Shown here: one piece after another, positions 9,881 through 20,429 of the stretch
How the letters are laid out: each line of letters begins with the position of its first letter
How positions within the stretch are numbered: the stretch's first letter is position 1
Origin: an uncultured delta proteobacterium
GTDB taxonomy: Bacteria > Myxococcota_A > Polyangia > Polyangiales > Polyangiaceae
Length of the DNA stretch: 64,000 bases
NCBI GenBank assembly: GCA_963806225.1
Contig: CAWDXG010000004.1
Coordinates: 5,280,001 to 5,344,000, forward strand
Direction of reading: 5' to 3'
The notes under the pieces: generated by a model
What the model was told of the DNA's origin: nothing
Seen by the model: the letters and a program-made list of their open reading frames with translations, nothing else
The model's database searches: none
Position numbers and translations under genes: made by a program

Positions 9881-11389
9881 CTAGGTCCCGAGCTCGCCGA
9901 GGCGCCGCGACGTGATGTCCGACAGCGCCATGATCGTCGCCTGCGGGTTCACGGCGCTTGGGCTCGGAAACACGCTCGCGTCGCACACGTACAGGTTCTC
10001 GACGCCGCGCACCCGGCCTTGTGGGTCCACCGGGCCGCTGTCGTCCGCCGTCATGCGGCATGAGCCGAACGTGTGGTTCAGCGTCATGACCATGTGCTTC
10101 GCCGTGATCTTCGGATCGAGCAGGCTTGCGGTGTCGCGCTCGCTCTGCATCTCGTCGACGGCTCCGGGGATGCCGGTGTGCACGTAGCGCGCGCCGACCT
10201 GGAGCAGCGCGTCGGCGGCGATTTTCATGCCGCGCATGACCGGCGCGACGTTCTTCTCCGGGATCCACAAGCGCATGCGCGGCTCGCCGCTGTGCGTGGT
10301 CTTCACGCTGCCGTGGACTTCGCCGCGGTACACGACGGCGATCACCGCCGCGTGCTTGACCTCGTGCAGGCGTTCCAGAAACGGCAGACCCACGTCGCCC
10401 CAGCGCACCATCAGCACGCTGGGAGAAGCCCACAGTCCCTCGTACTTCAAGCCGCGGATGTCCTGGCTCTGGGCGCCCCAGCCTTGCGTGGCGCCGACCC
10501 AGGGGTCGATGACCTCGTCCATGATGCCGACGAGGCCGCCGCCGATGTGGCAGAACATCGTGGCGCCGACCCGTCCCCGGGGATTGATCCGGCTCTTCTG
10601 CAGGATGACCGGCGTGTGCATCGTGCCGGCCGCGAGCACGACCGTCTTGGCGTGCACGCGGAAGCGCGCCAGCTTCACGCGGCCGTGTGGGTCCACGACG
10701 CGGCCCTCCACGCCCACCGCCCGTGCGCCTCGTGTGAGCACGCGCTCGACGTGCGAACAGGTGTACACCTCGGCGCCGTGCTCTTCCGCTTCCGGCAGGT
10801 AGGAGCGATCGACCGACTGTTTCCTACCGCTCACGCATCCCGTCAGGCAGTCGGAGCAGCCCTCGCAGTCGATGACAGCGCGCGGCAGCGGTTCGCCTTC
10901 CACGCCCGCCACGCCCTCGACGGCGTCGCGTGCCACTAGATTGCGGCGGCCCATCACCGACATCGGTGTCGGCGCCACGCCGAGACGGGCGAACACGCGG
11001 TCATAGGCTTCGTCGAGCGCGCTTTCGCCCAGCCAGTCGATTCCGGTATCGCGTTGCCATTCTTCCCGCACCCAGCCGGGCAGCTTGAGCATGATCGCCG
11101 AATTGACGACTGTGCTGCCGCCAAGGCAACGCGCCTGCAGCGACGGACTCTGCGTGGTGCCGCCGATGAGGCGCAGCCCGCCCTCCCAGAAGTAACGCGC
11201 GAGGAAGCGGGGTGCGTCGCGGGTCATGTCCGCCGGTTTCAGCTCCGGTCCCGCTTCCACGACCACCACGCGAAGGCCGGCCTTGGCGAGATTGAGCGCG
11301 GCGACCGCGCCACCCGGCCCCGAGCCGACGACCACCGCGTCGCAGTCAACGTCGAAACCGCTCTTCACGTCGTCGAGCCCGTGCCTCAC
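9881..11389 (-). CDS. GMC family FAD oxidoreductase
   Basis: VVVGSGPGG, CLGGSTVVN, C-x2-C-x2-C-x2-GC, HTFGSCRM, DASVFP, VNPQATI; GTG start overlaps upstream TGA. Confidence 0.92.
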   Translation of the reverse strand: MRHGLDDVKSGFDVDCDAVVVGSGPGGAVAALNLAKAGLRVVVVEAGPELKPADMTRDAPRFLARYFWEGGLRLIGGTTQSPSLQARCLGGSTVVNSAIMLKLPGWVREEWQRDTGIDWLGESALDEAYDRVFARLGVAPTPMSVMGRRNLVARDAVEGVAGVEGEPLPRAVIDCEGCSDCLTGCVSGRKQSVDRSYLPEAEEHGAEVYTCSHVERVLTRGARAVGVEGRVVDPHGRVKLARFRVHAKTVVLAAGTMHTPVILQKSRINPRGRVGATMFCHIGGGLVGIMDEVIDPWVGATQGWGAQSQDIRGLKYEGLWASPSVLMVRWGDVGLPFLERLHEVKHAAVIAVVYRGEVHGSVKTTHSGEPRMRLWIPEKNVAPVMRGMKIAADALLQVGARYVHTGIPGAVDEMQSERDTASLLDPKITAKHMVMTLNHTFGSCRMTADDSGPVDPQGRVRGVENLYVCDASVFPSPSAVNPQATIMALSDITSRRLGELGT

Positions 11390-11865
11390 GCTCCGTCTCC
11401 CATGCGCGTGAGCGCATCGGGGCGCACATCGATGCGCAGCGGATCCTCCTCGTGCGAGCACACGCGGTATTCGCCGATGTAGGCGATCACGGACGGGTGC
11501 GACATGTACATCATCGTCGTGGTGGCCTTGATGGCGTCACCGAGCACTCGCAGAGGGAGCAGCCGCGAGTGCCGCCAGCCGCGGATGATCTCCGCGCGGC
11601 GTGTGCGCGGGATGCGCGAGAAACGCCGGAAGCCGAGCACCAGGAACAGCGCTCCGAGCTCGACGAACACGAACAGCAGCGTGAGGAGCCTTCGCTGTTT
11701 CGGGGGCAGCTCGTCGAGGTATTCGAGCGTGCGCCGCACCATGTCCGTGCTCTTCCAGTCCGGCGCCCCGAGCTCGTTCTCGGGAAAGGTCACTTCGGAC
11801 AGCGCGACGATGCCGTCCCGCGCCCGGTTCGCCCAGAAGCCTTCACCGGTCACGGAACCGCTCAT
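11386..11865 (-). CDS. Small partner of GMC oxidoreductase (gluconate 2-dehydrogenase subunit 3-like)
   Basis: RRFS-x-I-x3-RR...W...R...K...Y-x-HP...IG pattern typical of GMC small subunits; translationally coupled to the GMC gene. Confidence 0.65.
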   Translation of the reverse strand: MSGSVTGEGFWANRARDGIVALSEVTFPENELGAPDWKSTDMVRRTLEYLDELPPKQRRLLTLLFVFVELGALFLVLGFRRFSRIPRTRRAEIIRGWRHSRLLPLRVLGDAIKATTTMMYMSHPSVIAYIGEYRVCSHEEDPLRIDVRPDALTRMGDGA

Positions 11866-11982
11866 ACCACGACGCGGCCGGCTGCGTCGGTGCGGTGCTA
11901 CGCGTCCTCGCTGACCAGCACGCGCCGGCTTCTTGGCCCGCGGCGAGCAGAGCGGCCTACGATCGCATCCGGAGGTACGACT

Positions 11983-12411
11983 ATGGTCTCGATTCCCCGA
12001 TATGCCGGAGCGCGGCTGATCCGCCGGACGGCGCGAGTGGCGTGTCAGGTGGTCCGCCTGCGCGACTTCCGTCTGGTTGCCGACTGCATCCAGAACGTTT
12101 CGGATGGCGGCCTGCTGGTGGGGCCGGCCGATCCGGTACTAACGGGCGAGCCGTTGGTCGTGTCGTTCCGGGTGCCGGGTTTCAGCGACTGGATCGATGC
12201 CGAAGCCGTCGTCCGGCGCGTGGCCCACGGTCGCCGTCCGGGTGAAACGAGCCGCGCGCTTGGTCTCCAGCTCGTCGATCTGGACGACTACTCGCAGCGG
12301 CTCCTCATGTCGTACATGCGGCGCCTGCCGCCTGTCCCGCCGAGCTACCGGGTCAGCGCCGGCTGGCACCAGCGCCTGCGTCCTCTTTCGCCCCGACTGC
12401 ACGCGGCTTGA
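11983..12411 (+). CDS. PilZ domain protein
   Basis: GGAGG RBS; RRTAR (RxxxR) and NVSDGG (D/NxSxxG) motifs. Confidence 0.8.
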   Translation: MVSIPRYAGARLIRRTARVACQVVRLRDFRLVADCIQNVSDGGLLVGPADPVLTGEPLVVSFRVPGFSDWIDAEAVVRRVAHGRRPGETSRALGLQLVDLDDYSQRLLMSYMRRLPPVPPSYRVSAGWHQRLRPLSPRLHAA

Positions 12412-12508
12412 ACCCAGTGGCCCCCCGCTGATCGGCGTCAACCGCGGTCTGGCTCCTGCCGCGCGGGCCGCGGGACTCCCGGGCGAGGTGTGCTAGTGCA
12501 CCCGGCGG

Positions 12509-12997
12509 ATGTCGCCGGAGATCATTGCGCTGTCGGACGCGCACGCGCTTGCCGTGTGGCGCAATGTCGTGATCCAGATCTGGGAACGAGCGCTGGACCC
12601 GGCCACCTCGCAACGCGAGCTCCAGAGAACGCTCGCTACCTTCAAGCGCGAGCGGCGCGGCTCGCCCGGCGCTCTGCTGCTCGCGTTCAGCCTGATCTCG
12701 GCGCACGCGACCATGCCCGATCCGAAATCCCGGGCAATCGCGGCGGAGTTCCCTTCCTACTTCGACTACTACGTTGGCGTGCACGAAGGCGCCGAGCTGC
12801 GCGGGTCGTTGGTGCGCACCGCGATTGAAGCGATGGCGCTGGCCGCGCGCGTCGAGCCCCGGTACGAGCTCGTGGACGACCTCGTGGGGGGGTGTCGTCG
12901 GCTGGCGACCCAGTCCCAGGGAAGCGTCCGCGAGGACGAGCTCCGCGAAGTCGTCCTGGAGCTCCGGGCGCAGATCGCGACAGCTGGAGCCGCGTAG
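12509..12997 (+). CDS. Hypothetical protein (myxobacterial STAS/SEC14-like)
   Basis: Coding-like composition; AVWRNVVIQIW...MPD-x2-SR...GSLVRT pattern recognised by eye. Confidence 0.55.
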   Translation: MSPEIIALSDAHALAVWRNVVIQIWERALDPATSQRELQRTLATFKRERRGSPGALLLAFSLISAHATMPDPKSRAIAAEFPSYFDYYVGVHEGAELRGSLVRTAIEAMALAARVEPRYELVDDLVGGCRRLATQSQGSVREDELREVVLELRAQIATAGAA

Positions 12998-13027
12998 TCC
13001 GGGCAGGATGCTATCCTGCTACCGCAC

Positions 13028-14317
13028 ATGATCGCGCGGCTCGGCTCTTCAGCGCTGCTGGTGGCGGCGGCACTCGTGTCCGCCTGTTCATCGGCTCCAG
13101 AAAACCAGGTCCGGACGGGATCGCTCGTGGGCGGCACGGGTCCGCTGCCGGGCGCGATCGCCGGCATGCACTACACCGCGGGAGCCCGGTCCGGGTACAC
13201 CGACGACCAGGGGCACTTCGAGTACCGCACCGGCGAGAAGGTCACGTTCTCGGTGGGAGCGCTCGAGTTCGAGCCAGTGAAGGGAGCGGCTCTGGTCAGC
13301 CCGTTCCAGCTGGCGAATGGCAGCGGGTGCGCCGCGGGCGAAGCGCTCGTCCATGTGCTCCAGATCCTCCAGAGCGTCGACAAGGACGGCAACCTCGACA
13401 ACGGCATCCAGCTGCCGGAGCTGCCCGTCGGCGATCCGCCGCGCAAGGTGGCGGACCTCGGCGCGGGCGATCTCGCCGCGGCCGTGCAGAAGCTCATGTC
13501 CGGAGCCTCGCTGGTCTTGCCGGATCAGGCGCTCGATCGCTTCATCCGCCAGGTGGACGACGAGGCCTGGAAGAAGGGGACGGGCACGTCCTTCGGGCTG
13601 CCCGATGCGCTCTACCGCGCCCAGGGCGTGGCGACCGACGGCAGGAGCTGGTTCTTCTCGTCCACGAACCACTTGCAGCGCACGAACCAGTCCTTCGAGT
13701 CGCAGGTGGACAACGTCCAGCCGATTCCGATCGACATCGCCAAGCAGGGCGGAGACCATATCGGGGATATCGACGTGTACGGTGGCCTTCTGTACGCCCC
13801 GATCGAAGACGGGCCGGACTACCTGCACCCCTACGTGGTCACGTACGACGCGAAGTCACTTCAGCCGACCGGCAAGAGCTACCCGCTCCCACAGAAGCTC
13901 CTCACCCAGGGAGTGCCCTGGGTGGCCGTCGATGGCCCGCGAAAACGCGTCTACACCGCCGAGTGGGATCCGACGCAGCGAATCGATATCTTCGATCTCA
14001 CGAACGACCTTGCGTTCGACAAGACGCTCGAGCTGACGACAGCCATTGGCCGTATCCAGGGGGCCAAGGTGTTCGGCGGCGAGATGTACGCGACGAGCGA
14101 CAACGACGAGAAGTCTGTCTACAAGATCGACCTCGATACGGGCACTGTCATGAAGCTGTTTGCATTGGGCACGACGGGCTCGGAGGTGGAGGGTCTGGCG
14201 CTGACGAACGAGAAAGACGGCGCCCACGTCCACATCGAGAACGTGGTCGTGCCCAAGCTGGACTTCGTCGACTACCTCCGCACCCGCGCACCTCTGCGCG
14301 ACCGGATCTGCCCGTAG
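13028..14317 (+). CDS. Lipoprotein with N-terminal adhesin-like domain and C-terminal beta-propeller
   Basis: Signal ending LVSAC; G-x-TD-x2-G-x-F-x-Y...QSVDKDGNLDNGI; C-terminal QGVATDG / HIGDID / IQG / EVEGL repeats. Confidence 0.65.
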   Translation: MIARLGSSALLVAAALVSACSSAPENQVRTGSLVGGTGPLPGAIAGMHYTAGARSGYTDDQGHFEYRTGEKVTFSVGALEFEPVKGAALVSPFQLANGSGCAAGEALVHVLQILQSVDKDGNLDNGIQLPELPVGDPPRKVADLGAGDLAAAVQKLMSGASLVLPDQALDRFIRQVDDEAWKKGTGTSFGLPDALYRAQGVATDGRSWFFSSTNHLQRTNQSFESQVDNVQPIPIDIAKQGGDHIGDIDVYGGLLYAPIEDGPDYLHPYVVTYDAKSLQPTGKSYPLPQKLLTQGVPWVAVDGPRKRVYTAEWDPTQRIDIFDLTNDLAFDKTLELTTAIGRIQGAKVFGGEMYATSDNDEKSVYKIDLDTGTVMKLFALGTTGSEVEGLALTNEKDGAHVHIENVVVPKLDFVDYLRTRAPLRDRICP

Positions 14318-14541
14318 GGCGACGGTGGGCGCGGGCGGCGGCGACGAGACGAAAGCGCATGATGCACCGCGGCGCTCTCGACAGCGCCAAATTGCCTGGG
14401 GGAGAGCATTGCCGCGGAGTTTGCTTGACAGGCGGCCCCGTATAGCTGCAGCATAATACTCTGGTCTTGTAATGCCCCTGCAGTACTCCTCGAAGGGGTC
14501 GCATCATGGACCACAGTCACTTACACGGAGGTAGCTAGGCG

Positions 14542-14964
14542 ATGCAACGAAGGCTCTGGGCACTGCTGGCGATGCTCTCCGTTCTCTGTTTTGCCGGAGT
14601 CGGCCGTACTGGAAAGACGGTCAGTGGCAAGGTCCAGCTGATGGACTACGTCCAGCAGACCGGGCTCGTGCTCGGCTACCCCGACGGCCAACCGCCGCTC
14701 GGCTGGTATCACCGGACGAGCCACACCGAGTACGCGCCGGGACCGCCCAGCTTCTACTATCCCCCGAGCCCTTGTCGTGGTCTGGCCCGTGCCTGGAACG
14801 TGATTGTCCGCTTCCAGCCGAGGCGTGGCTCGGTCGAGATCCTCAGGCAGCACGCGCTCCAGCGCATCCTCACCCAGATGACCCGGCACGAGTGCAATGC
14901 GTCGATTGACCGCTTTGCCAACGGCACGCCAGCGGACATAGTGAAAATCAGCCCCACGCCGTGA
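14542..14964 (+). CDS. Hypothetical secreted protein
   Basis: GGAGG RBS about 9 nt upstream; N-terminal signal-like segment; no recognisable domain. Confidence 0.55.
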   Translation: MQRRLWALLAMLSVLCFAGVGRTGKTVSGKVQLMDYVQQTGLVLGYPDGQPPLGWYHRTSHTEYAPGPPSFYYPPSPCRGLARAWNVIVRFQPRRGSVEILRQHALQRILTQMTRHECNASIDRFANGTPADIVKISPTP

Positions 14965-14989
14965 CGGCGTCCGCCGCGCCTCTAGCGGC

Positions 14990-17788
14990 GTGGTGGGAGA
15001 GCGCAGAGTCGTCTATCCTGGGGCGTCGGAGGCTGCTCCAGGAATGAAGGTGCGCGACGTGCGTGCGATGGCGTTGGAAGCGCTCTCGCGCGGCTGGTTG
15101 GCTGCGGGAGATCTCTGGGAGATCTCGCAGCGTTGGGCGACCCTGCAGGAGGAAGCGTCGCCCGATACCGTGTTCCAGGGGCTGCTCGCGCCCGGGCAGA
15201 TTATCGAGCTGGCGCGGCAGTTCCCCGCCGACGCGGAAACGTGGCCGTCTTTCGCCGAGCCTTTCGTCGCGCCTTCGGATGCGCCGCACCCTACGATCGA
15301 TGCGCTCGACGACGTCTTCGTCACGCCACCTGACCCGAGCGTGCGGCGCCCCGCGATCGGAATTCCTTCTAGCCGGCCGCCGCCTCCCGGCAACGATCTG
15401 GGCGCGCTGCCGGGGCGTCTTTCCGGACCCCGCTACGAGATCGTCGAGCCGCTAGGCTACGGCGGGGTGGGGGCGGTCGTTGCCGGGCTCGATCGAGAGA
15501 TCGGGCGCGTCGTGGCGATCAAGACGCTGCATGAGCGCGCCGAAGGCGACCCGAAGACCGTCCGGCGCTTCCTGCTCGAAGCGCGCGTGACGGCGCAGCT
15601 CGAGCACCCGGGCATCGTGCCGGTGTACGACATCGGTGCGATGCCAGACGGCCGCTCGTACTACACGATGCGGGTCGTCAAGAAGCGCTCGCTGCGCGAT
15701 GTGCTGCAGCAGCCGGAGCCGAGACCGGGCTGGCCGCTGGTGCGCCTGCTGGGCGCTTTCCTGCAGGTGACGCGCGCGCTCGCGTACGCGCACTCGCGCG
15801 GCGTCCTGCATGGCGACATCAAGCCGGACAACATCCTGCTTGGCGACTTCGGCGAGGTGTACCTTGCGGACTGGGGGCTGGCGCGGGTGCAGCGCGACAA
15901 CAAGCTCAGGATGTCGTCCTCGGGTTCCGTCCCGCCGCCGGGTTCTGCTTCTCCCACGGGCGGGACGCCCGGCTATTTTGCGCCCGAGGTGGCGCGTGGC
16001 GAGTGGGAGACGCTCGATCACCGCTCCGATCTGTTCTCGCTCGGCGTGGTGCTCTACGAGATCCTGACGGGGCGGCACCCATTCGTCATGGATCACCCTT
16101 CCGCGACGCTGCTCGCCGCTGCCAGCCGCGATGCGGTGCCACCGCGTGACGTGGCCCCGGGATGCCCGCTGCTGCTCGACGATCTGTGCATGCAGCTGCT
16201 CGCGAAGAACAGGAGCGAGCGCACCCAATCGGCCGACGAGATCGCCGAGCAGGTCGAGGCATTTCTCGAGGGCGCGAAAGAACGTGAGCGACGGCGGGAA
16301 GAAGCCAGGCGCCTCTGCGAGCGGGCCGGCGAATCGAGCCGCCACTACCACGAGCTGGAAGCCGAACGACAGCGTCTCGTGGAGGTGGCCCGCGAAGCCC
16401 GTCGTGACATCGAGGGCTGGGAACCGATCGAGAAGAAGCGTGCAGCCTGGGGCGTGGAGGACGCCGCCGCCGCCGCGGAGCGCGAAGCCGCGCTCGCGTT
16501 GGCAGAGACCATCGAGCTCTACACGAAGGCTCTCGGCTATGACGCGGAGAGCGCCGAAGCCCACGCCGGTCTCGCGGAGCTGTACTGGACGAACGCACGC
16601 GTCGCAGAAAAGCAGCGCCAGGAAGCGACGCAGATCTACTACGAGGCGCTCGTCATCGATCACGACGACGGTCACTACGCTTCTCTGCTCAAAGCCGATG
16701 CCGCGTTGTCGCTCCAGTCCGATCCGCCTGGCGCACTGGTGACCGCACAGCGTTACGTGGAGCGCGACCGCGTGCTGGTTGCCGGCGAACCACGCGTCCT
16801 CGGCCAGACTCCGCTCGTCGACGTGACGCTGGCCCCGGGTAGCTACCTCATCACGCTCAGGCATCCCGGCTATCGGGACACGCGCTACCCGGTGCTCCTG
16901 CACCGCGGCGAGCGCCACGAAGCCCTTGTGAATCTGTATCGCGACGAGGAGATAGGGGAGGGCTTCATCTACGTGCCTGCCGGCAGGGTCCTGCTCGGGG
17001 GAGATCCAGAGGCGATCGATCCGATTCCGCGGCGCGAAGTCGAGGTGAGGGATTTTGCCATCTCGCGCTTTCCCATCACCATGCGCGAGTACTGCGCGTT
17101 TCTCGATGCACTGAGCGCCGAGCACGCTCCGCTGGTCGAGAAGCGCGCGCCTCACGACATCCGTGGCTCCGAGGGGCTGGTCGTGCACCGGGGTGCGGAT
17201 GGGCATTGGGCGCCCGACGAGATCATGATCGAGGGCGAGGCGCGCGAGCTGTTCCCATTGGAAGAGGGGCATCTCTGGCGGCTCCCCGCGCATCTTGTCG
17301 ACTGGTTCGACGCGCAGGCCTACTGCGGCTGGCGTGGTGCGCGCGAGAGCGCGGAAATCCGTCTGCCGACGGAGGCCGAATGGGAAAAGGCTGCGCGAGG
17401 CGCCGACGGACGTTTCTATCCGTGGGGCAGTCGTTTCGATCCGACCTTCTGCAAGATGCGCGAATCGCGCCCCTTCACGACCCAGCCGGAGCCGATCGGT
17501 TCGTTTCCCGTCGACTGCTCGCCGGCGGGCGTGTGTGACATGGCGGGCGGCATGCGCGAGTGGGTCGCCGACATCCTCGGCGACAAGCGCGCGGAGGAGC
17601 TGGCGGCCGAGCCCGAGCCCGCGGCCGACGCCGAACGCGGACAATCGACCTGGCGCATGGCGCGGTCGGGCAACTGGATGTCGGATTGAGTCTGGGCGCG
17701 GTCCGCCTCACGCGGCGAGCTGCGTGCCCTGACGCGAGGCACCGGGCTCGGCTTCCGCTGCGTGCGCACTCTCGTCCGGAGAGGCTAG
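14990..17788 (+). CDS. Ser/Thr protein kinase + PEGA-like + FGE-sulfatase domain protein; in-frame TGA at 17687-17689
   Basis: [55 protein letters not shown]. The domain-closing GFRCVR lies in frame after the TGA. Start may be ATG 15044. Confidence 0.88.
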
Positions 17789-18004
17789 TCGCAGGTCCGC
17801 CGCGACCCGGAGCGTCATGGGACGCTCCGGTTGCGGGCGTGCTGCTCAGTGCAGGTGAGCGCGCTTCTCGGGCTTTCTGCCAGCCGTTGCCTGGGCGAGC
17901 TCCCGGGGGCTCCAGATGCTGCGCATCACTGCGCGCGTCGGGGCTGCGTGGCGCAGTGGCTGCGTGGCGGTTCCGCTGGCCCGCAGCCACTGCGGATGCC
18001 GTGA

Positions 18005-18935
18005 TCAGTAACAGACGTGGTAGCCCGTCAGATAGGTGCTCTGGTGGCACGAACCCTGTTGGCAATCGATGCCGTCGGTCGTCTTGCAGATCTCGTACTG
18101 GCCCGTGCCGCAACTACTGGCGCACTTGACTTGGCTGTAGGAATTGCCGGCGACCGTGCCGCAGCACACCTGGCCCTGGGGGCAGTCTGCCGGACCATCG
18201 CACTCGACCGTCGTTGTAGAAGCGCAGCCCGTGCCGCTGCAGGTGCACTGGCTGCTGGAGTCGATGCAGTTGAACTGCATCTGCTGGGTGTAGTGGCGCG
18301 TGGCGCAACAGATCTGCGACGGACCCGAGCAGGTCGAATTGCCGCAGTCGATAGACACGGTGCCGGATCCACCCGTGCCACCCGTTCCGCCGGTACTGGT
18401 GCCGCCCGTTCCGCCGGTGACTGGTGCCGCCCGTTCCGCCGGTGGCGGTGCCGCCCGTTCCGCCGGTGGCGGTGCCGCCCGTTCCGCCGGTGGCGGTGCC
18501 GCCCGTTCCGCCGGTGGCGGTGCCGCCCGTTCCGCCGGTACTGGCGGTGCCGCCCGTTCCGCCGGTGGCGGTGCCGCCCGTTCCGCCGGTGGCGGTGCCG
18601 CCCGTTCCGCCGGTGGCGGTGCCGCCCGTTCCGCCGGTGCCCGTTCCGCCCGTGCCCGTTCCGCCGGTGCCCGTGCCACCGGTTCCGGAACCGCCCGTGC
18701 CCGTGCCACCCGTCCCCGAGCCACCGGTGCCCGTGCCACCCGTTCCGGAACCGCCCGTGCCCGTGCCGCCCGTCCCCGAGCCTGCCGCACCGGCGGAAGC
18801 GTCACCGTTGGCACCGGAGCTCCCGCCGCTGCCGAACAACCCGCTCGAATTGCTGCCGCCGCAGGCGAGGGGAACGGCCAGGGCGATCACGGTGGCAAGC
18901 CCGAATCTGGCCCAACCAAGTCGACGATGCGTCAT
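18005..18935 (-). CDS. Gly/Thr-tethered Cys-rich lipoprotein (single-base frameshift near 18419)
   Basis: Signal ending VPLAC and GTGG repeats in one frame; Cys-rich domain (ECDGPADCPQGQVCCG) in the next. Comparison with the neighbouring repeat unit shows one extra G at 18419. Confidence 0.78.
18370..18790 (-). repeat. Intragenic tandem repeats (24-bp ATGGTGGT units and 15-bp GTGG(S/T) units)
   Basis: ggtgccgcccgttccgccggtggc repeated on the + strand. Confidence 0.85.
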
Positions 18936-19062
18936 CAGGAGCTCCTGGAAAAAAGGATAGGAGATGCGGGAAGAGAAAAGTCGCCTCCTCGCACAGACTA
19001 GCATCGGTACGCATCCCCGATCGAGGGGTACGAAGCAACGCGCTGCGTCGTGACACAGCGAA

Positions 19063-19078
19063 TGGCACGCTGGTTGCA
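19063..19078 (+). promoter_or_regulatory. Sigma-54 -24/-12 promoter
   Basis: TGGCACGCTGGTTGCA matches TGGCACG-N4-TTGCW exactly, about 25 nt before ATG 19103. Confidence 0.7.
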
Positions 19079-19102
19079 GCCGTCCATGGCGGGTGGTGGG
19101 CC

Positions 19103-19750
19103 ATGCCGGGTCAACAGGACATCCTCGTCGGACTGTCGCACATCGCGAACGAGTTCCTGCCGCTCGCCGTCGCCTGGCACATCGTTGTCGCCACCGCAGT
19201 TGTGGCATTGGTGTGGGGCCGATGGCGTCCGGGCCGCCGCGTGGCAGGCGCACTGCTGGCCCTGCCTCTCGTGTCGGCGAGCGCTGCGGCGTGGATGACG
19301 GGCAATCCGTTCAACGGCGTCGTGCTGCTGGTCGTTGCGGCGGCTCTCTCTGTCGCGGCGGCGCGGCAATCCCCGAGGCCGGTCCGTCGCGGGCCGGATT
19401 GGGCCGTGGTGGCCGGCAGTGCCGCTATCGTGTTCGCCTGGGCGTATCCGCACTTCCTGTCGACGCACGGCGCCTGGGTCTACTTGCTTGCAGCGCCGCT
19501 CGGTCTCGTCCCTTGCCCGACACTCAGCGCGGTCCTGGGGTTCGGTCTGCTGGCGGCGGGTTTTGGCTCGCGCGCCTGGTCACTGACCGCGGCGCTTGCG
19601 GGCGCGTTCTATTCGCTCTTCGGGATGTTCAGGCTCGGCGTGTGGCTCGACGCCGGTCTGCTCCTGGCGTCTATCGCGATGTTCGTCTTCGTATTGCGCA
19701 GCCGACGAGAACCGGCCCCCGGTGCCAGGTCGATGGCCTCCAGCGCCTAG
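19103..19750 (+). CDS. Multi-pass membrane protein (DUF6064-like)
   Basis: Six to seven hydrophobic segments; YPHF...PLGLVPCPT and GVWLD motifs. Confidence 0.7.
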   Translation: MPGQQDILVGLSHIANEFLPLAVAWHIVVATAVVALVWGRWRPGRRVAGALLALPLVSASAAAWMTGNPFNGVVLLVVAAALSVAAARQSPRPVRRGPDWAVVAGSAAIVFAWAYPHFLSTHGAWVYLLAAPLGLVPCPTLSAVLGFGLLAAGFGSRAWSLTAALAGAFYSLFGMFRLGVWLDAGLLLASIAMFVFVLRSRREPAPGARSMASSA

Positions 19751-20307
19751 CGCGTCAAGCACACGTGTGTGAGGCAGCCGCTCATCGGCCTGCAGGCGAA
19801 GCCGGCATCGCAGTCGCGGTCGCTGTTGCAGGCCTGGACGCACGCTCCATCGGTGCACTGCTCCGCCACCGCTCCTGCGCAGTCGGAGTCGGCGCTGCAG
19901 CTCCAGCGGCATTCGCTTCGCGCATCCCAGGAAGAGGACGTGACGCAAACGCTACCCGGCCTGCCGTAGGAGCAGACACTGGCGAAGCAGCCCCACACGC
20001 ACGCACCGTTGTCGCACCAGCGCGTCTCGTCGCACTCGGCTGAAGTCCGGCAGCCGTCCTCGCACGTGCCCTCGCCGAGACAGCCGCTCACGTCGCAGCT
20101 CGTGCAGTACTGCCCCTCCGGGCAGTCGCGGTGCGACGAGCAGCCCGGAACGCAGACATTGCCATGGACCCCCCGGTAGTCGCACACGTAGCCGTGCGGA
20201 CAGTCCCAGTCGCTGTAGCACTCGTCGCCGAACAGGTTGAACTCGCAGGACGCGACTACCAGGCCGGCCCAGAGTATGCCGAGCATGGCGATGGTCTTCT
20301 TGAGCAT
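19747..20307 (-). CDS. Cys-rich repeat lipoprotein
   Basis: Signal ending VVASC; repeated C-x2-(D/H)-x-DC-x2-G-x2-C units. Confidence 0.75.
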   Translation of the reverse strand: MLKKTIAMLGILWAGLVVASCEFNLFGDECYSDWDCPHGYVCDYRGVHGNVCVPGCSSHRDCPEGQYCTSCDVSGCLGEGTCEDGCRTSAECDETRWCDNGACVWGCFASVCSYGRPGSVCVTSSSWDARSECRWSCSADSDCAGAVAEQCTDGACVQACNSDRDCDAGFACRPMSGCLTHVCLTR

Positions 20308-20429
20308 GAGCCCCCGGATCCGGCGCAAACGCCCAGATCTCCAGGGAAGAGAAGCAACTCGTGTGCCCGGCGCTCCTCATCAGCGCGAAGTGGCGCGCCC
20401 CGCAGGATCGTCGTGATATCCTGCGGTCG

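Noticed and set aside
17687..17689. Genome-wide TGA reassignment
   Set aside because: TGA is a real stop in many genes here, including ATGA/GTGA overlaps at 6362, 11386, 35245, 39117, 51136 and 60982.
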